Source of the DNA: Pirellula staleyi DSM 6068
GTDB taxonomy: Bacteria; Planctomycetota; Planctomycetia; Pirellulales; Pirellulaceae
Assembly: GCA_000025185.1 (NCBI GenBank)
Contig: CP001848.1
Location: 4,950,001-4,982,000, forward strand
Direction: 5' to 3'
DNA length: 32,000 nucleotides
The position numbers were made by a program, and so were the translations under genes. The notes under the pieces are model-generated. The model saw only the letters and a program-made list of their open reading frames with translations, was not told the origin of the DNA and made no database searches. Each line of letters starts with the position of its first letter. Position 1 is the first letter of the stretch. Of this stretch, positions 1-9,385 are shown one piece after another.

Positions 1-1149
1 CGTTCGGAAAAAGTTGAACGGAGTAAAGAGCTCGTTGCTGAAGACAAACAGACCACGCACTTGATGGAGCCAATCGATCTCGCCTCCATAGACCTCGTAG
101 AGATCGTTGGCGATGTTGATGTAGCGATAGCCTGGTAGGACCTTGCCACCACGTTCGGCCAACTGATCGTAGATCCGTATGTCGGCAGGCTCGAAGTTAT
201 CGGTTTTGGCGCCGGGTCCACGCAAAATCATGCCACCCGCGTTGTGATAGCTCTGTCCACCAACGATGTTCGGGTACTTGGTGATGAACTCAGCGATGTG
301 ACGATTTTCGAGAATCGAATAGGGATAGCGATGCGCGCCATTTTGAATGTGGTTGGGCTGCCAGTTCCACGCCCAATCGCGATTCGGATCGTAGAAACCA
401 TCGCCATCTTCGTTCACCTCGCCATCGCCATCATCGTCCAGGCCTTCCTGGCCAATGATGCGAAACTCTCCTTTTTCCCCTGGTTTTACAGGGATCATAC
501 GCCCTGGAATTTCTGGATCGGATTTTAGATTGCCTCGTGGATCGCGAACACGCATGAGCGTGATGCTCCCATCGCCATCGAGATCATCGGGTCCATCTTC
601 ATCGACGCGACCATCGCCATCATCGTCCTTGGGACGCTGTCCGGTGCGTGGCGAGTGCGTTGTGTTTGGCTCATAGAAATGGGCATCGCGGCTGTCGGGG
701 CTCATCATCGGCATGAGGAAGAAGACCCGCTCGTCGAGCAACTTCTCAATGACTTCGTTCGACGCGCGGCTCTCGAGGAGATACCACGCAGTGTAGAGCA
801 CCACTTCAGTCGCCTGGATCTCGTTGGCGTGAATCGCGCCGTCGATCCACATGCCAGGACGCGAGCTGGCATCCCCCTTGGCGAAGTTCGTAACGGTAAG
901 GACCCACATCTCGCGATCGCCCACCGTTTTCCCAGCGCTTTCGAGTTTCGCAAACTCGGGATAAGCAGCAGCGAGATCGCGCATCATGCGCGTCGATTCG
1001 GCATAGTCGTGATACTTGTTCCAGATCGCTTTTACTTTGGGATTCGACGGTGCGCCGGCGGTGATATAGCCCTTAGGATCCGCGGCTGTCGCAGCAGCGA
1101 TGCTGGTCAGCAGTACGATCGTGGCCAGCAGGCAGGAAACAAACTTCAT
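1..1149 (-). CDS. M14-family zinc carboxypeptidase, exported. The C-terminus lies beyond the window start, which is probably why it is missing from the ORF track.
   Basis: Manual minus-strand translation from ATG (complement of 1147..1149): MKFVSCLLATIVLLTSIAAATAADPKGYI... (signal peptide). It continues ...PGMWIDGAIHANEIQATEVVLYTAWY..., with HxxE zinc ligands H107/E110 at about nt 820..831. The third ligand context is ...VGGQSYHNAGGMILRGP (His at 244..246). There are DDDGDGxVDEDG Ca-binding-like inserts. The frame stays open to nt 1. Confidence 0.85.
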   Translation of the reverse strand, partial: MKFVSCLLATIVLLTSIAAATAADPKGYITAGAPSNPKVKAIWNKYHDYAESTRMMRDLAAAYPEFAKLESAGKTVGDREMWVLTVTNFAKGDASSRPGMWIDGAIHANEIQATEVVLYTAWYLLESRASNEVIEKLLDERVFFLMPMMSPDSRDAHFYEPNTTHSPRTGQRPKDDDGDGRVDEDGPDDLDGDGSITLMRVRDPRGNLKSDPEIPGRMIPVKPGEKGEFRIIGQEGLDDDGDGEVNEDGDGFYDPNRDWAWNWQPNHIQNGAHRYPYSILENRHIAEFITKYPNIVGGQSYHNAGGMILRGPGAKTDNFEPADIRIYDQLAERGGKVLPGYRYINIANDLYEVYGGEIDWLHQVRGLFVFSNELFTPFNFFRT

Positions 1150-1217
1150 CGTGTTCACGTTCTGAAGAGTTCGGTAGCGAAAGGAAAAAGCCTGGTAAGC
1201 GATGGTCGATGAACTGC

Positions 1218-3158
1218 TCACGGCGTTTCCTCCTTGGCTTCTTTGGTGGCAACTGCGGGGATGCTGATCTCGATCGACTGCGGCGGAATTGTTGCCGAAT
1301 GAAATTTCAGCTGCAGCGCTGGTGGAACTTCTTTTTCATAACGGAGGAGCCATTGCACCTCGCGCGAAGAGCCTCCTTCGATCCGGTCGAGCAATTTGCG
1401 TTTGCTCCCAATCACAAACTTGGCGTCGAGGGGCGATACGATTTCGATCTCGAGTTTCTGATGCGCGCGAGTGATTTCTCCCATGCGCGACATCGTCGGA
1501 AAACGGCCACTATTGAGAAGCTTGGTCGAGACGCGTACCAGTCCGCCACCAAGGTTTTCGACTTTGGTATCGACGAGTTTCAGCGAAGGAAGAACTTCTG
1601 GAATCGTCGCGATGAAGTTCAGGTGTTTCTGCGCGATTGGCGCGAGTTCTTCGATCGGCGGAACGATGGTGGCCATGGGAATCGGCCCGCCAACTTCCAC
1701 TTTTTTCCCTGGGAAATCGGGGTGATCGACACTGGCCCAGTCGGTCGAAGTGGCGATGCCTCGCGAGGCGAGATAACGCATCGCATTGCGTTCGGACTCC
1801 AACCGCTTGTCTTCTGCGATCGGTTTTGCACCAGCCTCTTGCGCTGTTTTTTCGTCACCTGGCTTGGATGGATCGGTCGGCTTCACATCCGTTCCCGCGC
1901 TGGTGACCGTCGCTGCCGCCGGTTCGCTCGCAGCAGGTTTGGGTTCCGCATTTTCATCGACTGTTTTCTCAGCATCACCCTCGGATTTCTTTTCTGCTGT
2001 CTTCGCGTCAACCGGTTTCAGCGGCATGGGAGGGACCCACCATCCGCGAGAGACGAGCGACCAACGACCGTAGTGGAAATAGGCCCACTGCGAGAAACTT
2101 CCTGCGTGGGGTTCGCGGGCTGGGCAATCGTTGCCGCCATGGATTTTTTTGAACTCAGCGGCGAGGAAATCCTGTAGCGGCGCGTCGGCGGAGTGAATGT
2201 GCTGCGCAATACGCTGCGACTCCGCTTGTTGATTCGGTTTCCAAGGATGGAACAGATTGTCGTCGGTGCCGAGTGCAAAGACTCCGATGACATTTCGATG
2301 ATCGAACAGAAAATCGATGATCGCCTTGGTTTCGGGCTCACTAGCAGCGTGCTCACCTGTGAGTTTTTCAAACGCCTCATAACGGTGCGGGAAATTGCGA
2401 TCAAGAGAAACACCGAGCGAGGCATCTTCGTTCAGTTCGCCATCGTTATCATCGTCGCGACCTTCGGGGTAAACGTGGTAGCGACCAACTTCCCCTTTCG
2501 ATCGATCCGCCTCGACCATCAAATGCGGATCGTTGGGATGGGGCATCCATTTTCCGGTGGGATCTTCAACGCGCATCCAGCTGACGATGCCATCCCCATT
2601 GAGGTCGTCGGCCGGGTCTTCACCCACTTCGAAATCTCGATCATCGTCGGTTTTTCGAGCGTTTCCCTCAACTTTGGTCCGTGGCTCAGCAAAGCACTTT
2701 TCACTTCCATCGGGATCGGGGCGAGGGATGACGTACAGGGTGTAATGGTCGAGTAGTGCGGCGATCTTTTCGTCGCTATCGACACGTGCTACAAGGTCGT
2801 CGCACAGGGCGAGCACCAAATCGCCACCGAGCAGATGAGCTGCTTCGATGTTGCCGACAATAGCGAGGGCTGGTTTCGCGTCGGCCTTGATTTTGTCATC
2901 TTTGCCACTGAAGACGAGCATCAGCAGATCGCGACCTTCGAGTGATTTGCCGATCGAGCGGACTTCGATGCGCGGGTGCTCGTCGAGTTTCTTGACGCGC
3001 TGCTGAAGCGTTTGATAGTCGGCGTAGCCCGCCAAACCAGAAGTAGTGGGATCGGCAGCAGAGGTGGTGCGCGGCGCGCTGAAGCTAACCGTAGCGATGG
3101 CAAATGTCGTCGAGATCGCCAGCGCCATAGTGCGCGGCAGAGATGCAAAAGAGAACAC
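1218..3158 (-). CDS. M14 peptidase-like protein, 646 aa, exported, with altered metal-ligand positions (possible pseudopeptidase).
   Basis: The ORF has an N-terminal signal peptide (GTG at 3158; alternative ATG at 3128 gives MALAISTTFAIATVSFSA...). It is collinear with the downstream M14 gene (LEGRDLLMLVF..., DDxNGDG and DDDNDGELNED inserts). HxxE is replaced by E105-A-A-H108 (GNIEAAH, about nt 2835..2846), and the SYH context is replaced by FALGTDD. It sits 68 bp upstream of the M14 gene on the same strand. Confidence 0.8.
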   Translation of the reverse strand: MFSFASLPRTMALAISTTFAIATVSFSAPRTTSAADPTTSGLAGYADYQTLQQRVKKLDEHPRIEVRSIGKSLEGRDLLMLVFSGKDDKIKADAKPALAIVGNIEAAHLLGGDLVLALCDDLVARVDSDEKIAALLDHYTLYVIPRPDPDGSEKCFAEPRTKVEGNARKTDDDRDFEVGEDPADDLNGDGIVSWMRVEDPTGKWMPHPNDPHLMVEADRSKGEVGRYHVYPEGRDDDNDGELNEDASLGVSLDRNFPHRYEAFEKLTGEHAASEPETKAIIDFLFDHRNVIGVFALGTDDNLFHPWKPNQQAESQRIAQHIHSADAPLQDFLAAEFKKIHGGNDCPAREPHAGSFSQWAYFHYGRWSLVSRGWWVPPMPLKPVDAKTAEKKSEGDAEKTVDENAEPKPAASEPAAATVTSAGTDVKPTDPSKPGDEKTAQEAGAKPIAEDKRLESERNAMRYLASRGIATSTDWASVDHPDFPGKKVEVGGPIPMATIVPPIEELAPIAQKHLNFIATIPEVLPSLKLVDTKVENLGGGLVRVSTKLLNSGRFPTMSRMGEITRAHQKLEIEIVSPLDAKFVIGSKRKLLDRIEGGSSREVQWLLRYEKEVPPALQLKFHSATIPPQSIEISIPAVATKEAKEETP

Positions 3159-3377
3159 GCGGGGAGTGCTCCAAACCGAGAGTATTCAGCGAAGTAGAAC
3201 TTGATGACGGAGACTATCGCGCGGCTTGAAAGAGGCGCGCAAAATCGCTCAGTTGCATCATAGCCCAAACGTTGCGCCAGGATGCTGTTTTGGCCAGAAT
3301 CTTCGGCAAAATCGGCACAAATGCCCCGTGACCTCACGTGTCACCGGCTCCAGATATCGCTGCAGATATCGCCCCAG

Positions 3378-4511
3378 CTACTTGCGTGCACGAAACGAGG
3401 GGAGAATCCACCCTCGGTAGTAGAAGTAGTACATCTGTCCTGCCGCAATCACGAACATCACCGCCAGACAGAGCAGGTAGCCATACTCCCAGTCGAGCTC
3501 CGGCATATTGAACCGGCTCGAGGAGGTATGAAAGTTCATCCCATAGATGCCAGCGATGAACGTTAGTGGCATGAAGATGGTGCTGATGATCGTCAGCACG
3601 CGCATGATGTCGTTCGTACGATTACTGAGCGACGACATGTGGAGATCGCGCAGGTCGGCTGTGATTTCGCGATAGGTTTCCACGAGGTCGACAATCTGAA
3701 CAACATGGTCGTAACAGTCGCGGAGATAGGGCCGACTCGATTCGCCGAAGAGCGTCGATTCATCGCGCGAAAGGCTCGCCACCGTTTCCCGTAGGGGCCA
3801 AATCGCGCGCCGCAAAATCAAAAGATCGGCTTTCACTTCATGCAGTTCGTCCATCACGTGCGAACCGGCTTCGAGCACCGCATCTTCGAGATAATCAAGA
3901 CGCTCGGCATAGCCTTCCAGCACCGGATAATAATTGTCGATCACACCGTCGAGCAGCGCATGCACGAGATAGCCAGGACCTGCTTCGCGCAGTTTTGTGG
4001 CCCCTTCGCGAAGTCGCAATCGCACACGATCAAAGCAGTCGCCGGGACGCCCTTCCTGAAACGTAATCACGAACTTGGGACCCGCAAATATGCTCAGCTG
4101 TTCGGTTGTCACACGTCCGCCAGTAGCTTCGGTCGGAACGTGCGGCATCCGCAGCACGATGAACATGATGTCGGCATATTGATCGACCTTGGAACGCTGG
4201 TGAACGTTCACCACATCTTCGAGCGCCAAACGATGCAGCTTGAAGTGCTCACCGAGCGCTTCGATCAGCCGCGTGTTTCCGAGCCCATCGACGTTGATCC
4301 AGGTGACTTCATTGGTCGCCACCATCTTGGCGAGTTGCTCGAAACTCGGCAGCCGCGATTCGACGAGATCGGTTTTGCAGTACGAAAATACCTGCACATC
4401 CGACTGAGGTTCGTGAGGATCGGGAACGATAGTGCCAGGTGGAGAGCCTGGTTCGGTACGACGATGGACACGCATTTCCATCGTGCCATGCCGTTTGCGT
4501 TTATGTTTCAA
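3378..4511 (-). CDS. corA: CorA-family Mg2+/Co2+ transporter.
   Basis: C-terminal two-TM region has the signature YGMNF (IAGIYGMNFH) and acidic/aromatic MPELDW loop context. Length is typical for CorA. The start is uncertain: TTG at 4511 overlaps the upstream stop by 4 nt, and in-frame ATGs at 4481 and 4475 are alternatives. Confidence 0.9.
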   Translation of the reverse strand: MKHKRKRHGTMEMRVHRRTEPGSPPGTIVPDPHEPQSDVQVFSYCKTDLVESRLPSFEQLAKMVATNEVTWINVDGLGNTRLIEALGEHFKLHRLALEDVVNVHQRSKVDQYADIMFIVLRMPHVPTEATGGRVTTEQLSIFAGPKFVITFQEGRPGDCFDRVRLRLREGATKLREAGPGYLVHALLDGVIDNYYPVLEGYAERLDYLEDAVLEAGSHVMDELHEVKADLLILRRAIWPLRETVASLSRDESTLFGESSRPYLRDCYDHVVQIVDLVETYREITADLRDLHMSSLSNRTNDIMRVLTIISTIFMPLTFIAGIYGMNFHTSSSRFNMPELDWEYGYLLCLAVMFVIAAGQMYYFYYRGWILPSFRARK

Positions 4512-5740
4512 GCGACCCCTCGACGATCGGATTGCTGGCCCGTGAGATTCACCTCGAGCGGTCGCAAGAGATGCAAATGCACATCGCGCTGTGGATACGA
4601 CATTACGATTCCATTCTCGGCGAAAAGCTCATCGATGCGAAACCGGAGATCACTCTCTACTTCAAATTTTTTGGCCTCACTCATACGGATCGAAACGCGC
4701 AGCTGAAACTGCAGGGCGCTCTCGCCAAAATCGAGAAAAACGACCTCCGGTTCGGGCGTATTCAGGACCATCGGATGCGACGCAGCTGCCTCGAGGAGCA
4801 CTTTCTCAACGAGCCGAGTATTGCTGCCATACGCCACGCCGACATTAATCATCGTGCAGATTTCGTCGTCGCTGAGGGTCCAGTTGATCACGTTGTTCTC
4901 GAGGAACTTGCTGTTGGGGACGACGATTTCGAAATTCGAACCGGTTCGGAGTTTGGTACTTCGAGCACCAATCTCGGTGATCTTTCCCGACATCCCATCG
5001 ATTTCGACGATATCGCCCACGCGCACGGGCCGCTCGGCCAGCAAGATCAAACCACTGATGAAATTGTTGACGATATTTTGGCTGCCAAAACCGGCTCCGA
5101 TGGCGAGTGCACCACCGAGGAAGCTGAAGACGGTGAGGGGGACACTCAGGATGTTGAGCGTCAGCATCGTGAAGGTGAAGAGCAGGGCGTAGAACGAAAT
5201 GCTCTTGATCGGCGCTGCTGCTTTGGGTGGCAGTCCGACGCGCGAACTCAGCCGCGTCACGATCGTGTTGCTGACAACACGCGAAATGATGTAACCAACC
5301 CAGAGCATCAACAAGCCGCCGAGCAAAGTTCCTACCGTGATGACCGGTTTGCCATCGGCACCACTCAGAACCACGATTCCCAAGACCCGCTGAATCTGCG
5401 ACCAAACGAGTAGAAATTCATCGGAGAGCCCGTTGCCGAACAAGATCGGCGAGCTTGCCTCGGGCTGAGCTGCCGCGGCGATATCCAGCGGCGCAGCCGC
5501 TGCCGGCTGTTGCTCGACGGTCTGCAGCTGCGTTTGCTCGAACTGGCCAAATTCTGCGGAAGGCTGCGTTGGTTCAAGGGGCCCTTGCGCTTCAATGGCG
5601 GCAGGCTGTAAGGTCGGCAACATCCGCGGCTCGGCGGGGCCCTCTTGCGCCGCGAGGAGGCTCGCGAAACCGAGGAGCGCCACCAGCCCCACCGGGAAGC
5701 CGAGTCGAAAACGGGGTGAGCAGTAGAAGGAGCTGATCAT
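4508..5740 (-). CDS. MscS-family mechanosensitive ion channel, 410 aa.
   Basis: ATG start at 5740 and an N-terminal signal/TM (LVALLGFASLLAAQ). The MscS beta-domain motif is present: LAERPVRVGDIVEIDGMSGKITEIGARSTKLRTGSNFEIVVPNSKFLENNVINWT. TM3-like G/A-rich helix: FLGGALAIGAGFGSQNIVNNFISGL. Confidence 0.9.
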   Translation of the reverse strand: MISSFYCSPRFRLGFPVGLVALLGFASLLAAQEGPAEPRMLPTLQPAAIEAQGPLEPTQPSAEFGQFEQTQLQTVEQQPAAAAPLDIAAAAQPEASSPILFGNGLSDEFLLVWSQIQRVLGIVVLSGADGKPVITVGTLLGGLLMLWVGYIISRVVSNTIVTRLSSRVGLPPKAAAPIKSISFYALLFTFTMLTLNILSVPLTVFSFLGGALAIGAGFGSQNIVNNFISGLILLAERPVRVGDIVEIDGMSGKITEIGARSTKLRTGSNFEIVVPNSKFLENNVINWTLSDDEICTMINVGVAYGSNTRLVEKVLLEAAASHPMVLNTPEPEVVFLDFGESALQFQLRVSIRMSEAKKFEVESDLRFRIDELFAENGIVMSYPQRDVHLHLLRPLEVNLTGQQSDRRGVA

Positions 5741-5874
5741 GTGCCGAGCCTATCCATGGCGAGTCTCGCAGGCGCGCGATCGATACGAAGACCCGCGCGC
5801 ACTCTTTGCTGAAGAGGCTCGTAGCACGCGACCGCTCCTTAGGTCAAGAGCAACGACTTGCTAGCAGTCATGCA

Positions 5875-6462
5875 CTACGAAATGAGGAGCTTGGGATCCC
5901 CTTCGTCGCGGCGTTCCCATTCCCGACGAACTTCACCAAGACCGTACGCACACATCTCAAAGTGATTGCTCAGCCGCTCGAGCACATCGGCGGTGGCATC
6001 TTCGGTCCGATCGGTTTCGATCGTCGCGGCAATGTGATAGGCCCGCTTCCCTTGCGAGCAGTAGTCGATGAGAAAATCGCGCGAGTCGACGCGTCGTAGT
6101 TTTGGAAGCGACTCGGGAAAAACTCCAGTCCAAAAGAGGGCCACATCGCCGATATGCCGGTGGACATCCCGCTTGGCGAGTCCGCGCCGATGTTCCGCTT
6201 CGAGAATCATTCCGGCGACTTCGGTGACCGGTCGACCGGACAGATCGCGCACGCGGCAGAGGGTGTCGTTACTGACAAACCGCAACAGCATGTCGCTGAG
6301 GTAATCCACCAAGGGTGGATCGACGACCCCCAGATGCGTTTGAAAGATGTACTCGCACATCCCTGCGAAAAAGCGGCCGAGCGAGCCGCGACGTACTGCG
6401 TCGTTCATGGCAATAGAATCTCCACGCTGAGCTGCCAACTTGAGTGTCGCTGTCGCGAACAA
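5875..6462 (-). CDS. Hypothetical protein with no domain I can name.
   Basis: Clean 195-aa ORF with protein-like composition, on the same strand as mscS/corA and 134 bp upstream of mscS. The track start at 6462 is TTG. An in-frame ATG at 6408 (MNDAVRRGSLG...) has GGAG about 12 nt upstream and may be the real start. Confidence 0.6.
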   Translation of the reverse strand: MFATATLKLAAQRGDSIAMNDAVRRGSLGRFFAGMCEYIFQTHLGVVDPPLVDYLSDMLLRFVSNDTLCRVRDLSGRPVTEVAGMILEAEHRRGLAKRDVHRHIGDVALFWTGVFPESLPKLRRVDSRDFLIDYCSQGKRAYHIAATIETDRTEDATADVLERLSNHFEMCAYGLGEVRREWERRDEGDPKLLIS

Positions 6463-6711
6463 CTGCTGGAGCCGCCGGTGGAGTACGAGCGCTTGATTTG
6501 CGTCGGAAACGAACTATCGCCCGGTTTCGTTCCTAACGCCGCCCGACACCTTGGGCCGCCCTGCAATTGCTCGTAAGCAACTGCCCGAAACCACGTGGAT
6601 CGTGCGCTTTAAAAACTGGCGACGCTGGTGGGCGATCGCTTGGGAGCAAACGATCGCTCGTCGGTCAGTTCGCACCGCGCATGATCTTCATATCCAACTC
6701 TACTTTCGGAT

Positions 6712-6794
6712 CGAAGAAATAGTCAAGATCGAGAAATCTTGATTGCGCGCGAATAAATGGGGCAGATTCCGCCCGAAAATCGTTCTTTTCGGGC
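6712..6794 (-). terminator. Two hairpins just downstream of trpA; the distal one is followed by a U-rich tract.
   Basis: Plus-strand gcccgaaaa-tcgttc-ttttcgggc (6771..6794; 9-bp stem) and tcaagat-cgagaa-atcttga (6723..6742; 7-bp stem). In the minus-strand RNA the second hairpin is followed by CUAUUUCUU. Confidence 0.4.
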
Positions 6795-6822
6795 GATCGT
6801 ACCAATTTGCGATCGCGCGCGA

Positions 6823-7641
6823 CTAAGCCGAGACCGTGGTGCCATGCAGCGCGTCGAGCAAGGTCGACACATAGTCCCCCACGCCGCGCAGCACTTCCGA
6901 GCGCGAACCCTCGCCAGCAGTCGCCATGCGGCGCACAATCGCCGAGCCGACAATCAAACCATCGGCTACCGGCGCGAGAAGATTGACATGCTCCGGCGTG
7001 CTGATGCCAAAACCAATGCAGATCGGCAGTGGCGTTTGCGAGCGGAGCCAGCTCACATTCTCGATCAGATCGGGAGGCAATTGCGTTCGCTCGCCAGTGA
7101 TGCCGGTGACCGAGACGTAGTAGATAAAGCCGGTGCTCGTGGCTGCGATACGCAAAGCGCGATCGCGGGGGGTGGTCGGCGTGATCAGCTGAATCAAGCT
7201 GAAATCGGCCTCTTGGCAAAGTTTAGCGGCTGCGGCCGATTCCTCGACAAGCAGGTCGGGCACAATCGCGCCGCTGATCCCCGCCTGCTTGGCATCGTGG
7301 ATATACCGCGCTAGTCCGTAGCGATGCAGAATCGCATAGCTCACCATCGTGACGCGCGGGAACTTCACCTCGCTCTTCACCGACGCGAGCGAATCGAGAA
7401 TCCCCTTCACCTTCACCCCCTTGGCCAGGGCGCGGGTATACGAGGCCTGAATCACCGGACCATCGGCAATCGGATCGCTGTAAGGAATACCGACTTCGCA
7501 CATCGCGCAGCCCCGGCGATCGAGTTCGCGGACCACGTCGGCTGTGAATGCCAGATCGGGATCGCCCGCCGTGATAAACGGCATCAGGGCTTTCTTCTTC
7601 GCCGCACGATATTCAGTAAACAGTTGATCGATTGCCGACAT
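6823..7641 (-). CDS. trpA: Tryptophan synthase alpha chain.
   Basis: 272 aa with ATG at 7641. Typical TrpA motifs are present: LMPFITAGDPD, EVGIPYSDPIADGPVIQ, YYVSVTGITGER, GFGIS. It lies directly downstream of trpB. Confidence 0.95.
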   Translation of the reverse strand: MSAIDQLFTEYRAAKKKALMPFITAGDPDLAFTADVVRELDRRGCAMCEVGIPYSDPIADGPVIQASYTRALAKGVKVKGILDSLASVKSEVKFPRVTMVSYAILHRYGLARYIHDAKQAGISGAIVPDLLVEESAAAAKLCQEADFSLIQLITPTTPRDRALRIAATSTGFIYYVSVTGITGERTQLPPDLIENVSWLRSQTPLPICIGFGISTPEHVNLLAPVADGLIVGSAIVRRMATAGEGSRSEVLRGVGDYVSTLLDALHGTTVSA

Positions 7642-7705
7642 AGAAAATCCAAGGAGGCATCAAGCCAGAGTTGTAGGAGGAGTGGGGCAGGGGACGATCA
7701 GCGAC

Positions 7706-8935
7706 TTATTTACTGGCTACAGCAGCTGCCTTGAGGCGAGCAATTTCAGCAGCATCCTTGTCGCCACGCCCCGACAGGCAGATCACCAGATGCTGATCCT
7801 GCGGCATCTTCGCCGCGATACGCATTCCTGCTGCAATCGCGTGCGAACTTTCGAGAGCTGGCAAGATCCCTTCATTCCGCGCGAGCGAATCAAAGCCGCT
7901 CATCGCGTCCCCATCTTCGCAGCAGGTGTACTCCACTCGCCCCGTATCTTTCCAGTAACTGTGCTCGGGACCGACACCAGGATAATCGAGCCCCGCCGAA
8001 ATCGAATGGACATCGCAGGTTTGTCCATCGTCGTCCTGCATCACGTAGCTATAGCTGCCATGCAGAATGCCGGGAGAACCGTAGGTGAGTGGCGATGCAT
8101 GATCGCCCGGCTTACCACCTCGACCACCCGCCTCCACACCAATCAGCTTCACACCTTCGTCTTCGACAAAGGGATAGAACATGCCAGCAGCGTTGCTTCC
8201 ACCACCGACGCAGGCCACCACCGCATCGGGCAGACGGCCGATACGAACGAGGCTCTGCTCGCGAGTTTCACGACCGATCACGCTTTGAAAATCGCGCACA
8301 ATTTGCGGAAACGGATGGGGCCCGACCACCGAGCCGATGATGTAGTGCGTATGTTCGACGGTGCTCATCCAGTCGCGCATCGCTTCGTTGATCGCGTCGC
8401 GAAGTGTGCGAGATCCGCTCGTCACCGGTCGCACCTCGGCACCGAGCAGCTTCATGCTGAAGACGTTCGGCGCTTGGCGGCGAATATCTTCTTCACCCAT
8501 GTACACCACGCACGGAATGCCAAAATGGGCACAAGCGGTGGCGGTGGCTACGCCATGCTGACCTGCTCCGGTTTCAGCGATCACTCGCTTTTTGCCCATC
8601 CGCAATGTGAGGAGGGTTTGACCGAGCGTGTTGTTGATTTTGTGTGCGCCGGTGTGATTGACATCCTCGCGCTTGAGCCAAATCTTCGCGCCGCCAGATG
8701 CTTGCGTCAGTCGTTTGGCGAAGTAGAGGGGGCTCGGACGCCCCACGAAATTTTTGAGCAGGTCGTCGAGTTCGTCATGAAACGAGGGGTCGGCCATCGC
8801 CTTGGCATACTCGGCCGTCAGTTCGTCGAGCGCGCGGGTGAGAGTCTCGGGAACGTAACGTCCGCCAAATGCTCCGAAACGCCCCGCTGCATCGGGGACT
8901 TGTTTCGTCGCTGTCGATGGTGAAGCAATGCTCAT
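7706..8935 (-). CDS. trpB: Tryptophan synthase beta chain.
   Basis: 409 aa with ATG at 8935. Motifs: [15 protein letters not shown], the PLP-Lys context [34 protein letters not shown] and LSGRGDKD. Confidence 0.97.
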   Translation of the reverse strand: MSIASPSTATKQVPDAAGRFGAFGGRYVPETLTRALDELTAEYAKAMADPSFHDELDDLLKNFVGRPSPLYFAKRLTQASGGAKIWLKREDVNHTGAHKINNTLGQTLLTLRMGKKRVIAETGAGQHGVATATACAHFGIPCVVYMGEEDIRRQAPNVFSMKLLGAEVRPVTSGSRTLRDAINEAMRDWMSTVEHTHYIIGSVVGPHPFPQIVRDFQSVIGRETREQSLVRIGRLPDAVVACVGGGSNAAGMFYPFVEDEGVKLIGVEAGGRGGKPGDHASPLTYGSPGILHGSYSYVMQDDDGQTCDVHSISAGLDYPGVGPEHSYWKDTGRVEYTCCEDGDAMSGFDSLARNEGILPALESSHAIAAGMRIAAKMPQDQHLVICLSGRGDKDAAEIARLKAAAVASK

Positions 8936-9385
8936 CGCTGTTTCCCAAACTTTCTGACTTTAAGCCCACAGGCTTGGCGTATAGTTTTCGCGCGTGGTCG
9001 CTAAGGCCAGCCGCGCTGCGGATCGGTAACCAAAGGCCCATCCCGCAAGCCCAGGTCGGTACGTAACCAGGCGCTGCGGGCGATTTCCGTCGAATCTTCT
9101 ATTTTCAGTAGCCACTGGAGCATGGTCAAGGCCGTGGAAACAGCCCCACGCACAAGCGCGGCGAAAGATACCGAAATTCGCCGAAAAAATGGCCGATTTC
9201 GCCACAAAAGCGTTAAAACTGCCTGTCCTAAATTCTTCATGCAAGCCTCGGGAGGGGTTACTTGCTGCCATCTCCCCGGACGGGATCTGGCTTGCGATGA
9301 TAGAGGGGCTTGCTCGGCAGAAGTTCACCGAGACCTCGCAAATCTTCACCATTTCCATCGACCCCGTTGCCACCTAAACCTATCG

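Noticed and set aside
6551-6742. 63-aa plus-strand ORF in the gap between the 195-aa hypothetical gene and trpA.
   Set aside because: It overlaps the trpA terminator hairpins, has W/R-rich odd composition and has no start context.
7682-8923. 413-aa plus-strand ORF.
   Set aside because: It is antisense to trpB across its whole length, with unprotein-like composition (Arg/His/Ala-rich) and no motifs.
9122-9385. Upstream in-frame extension of mutM (track start 9122, 88 extra residues).
   Set aside because: Fpg requires the N-terminal Met-Pro (PELPEVE) for catalysis after Met removal, so the true start is ATG 9386. The extension has an odd composition.
8936-9385. 450-bp divergent region between trpB and mutM, checked for a trp leader/attenuator, T-box or tRNA. 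It contains small ORFs 8960..9373 and 9189..9377.
   Set aside because: I found no Trp-codon leader peptide, no terminator/antiterminator pair, and no T-box specifier or T-loop motifs. The ORFs look non-coding.
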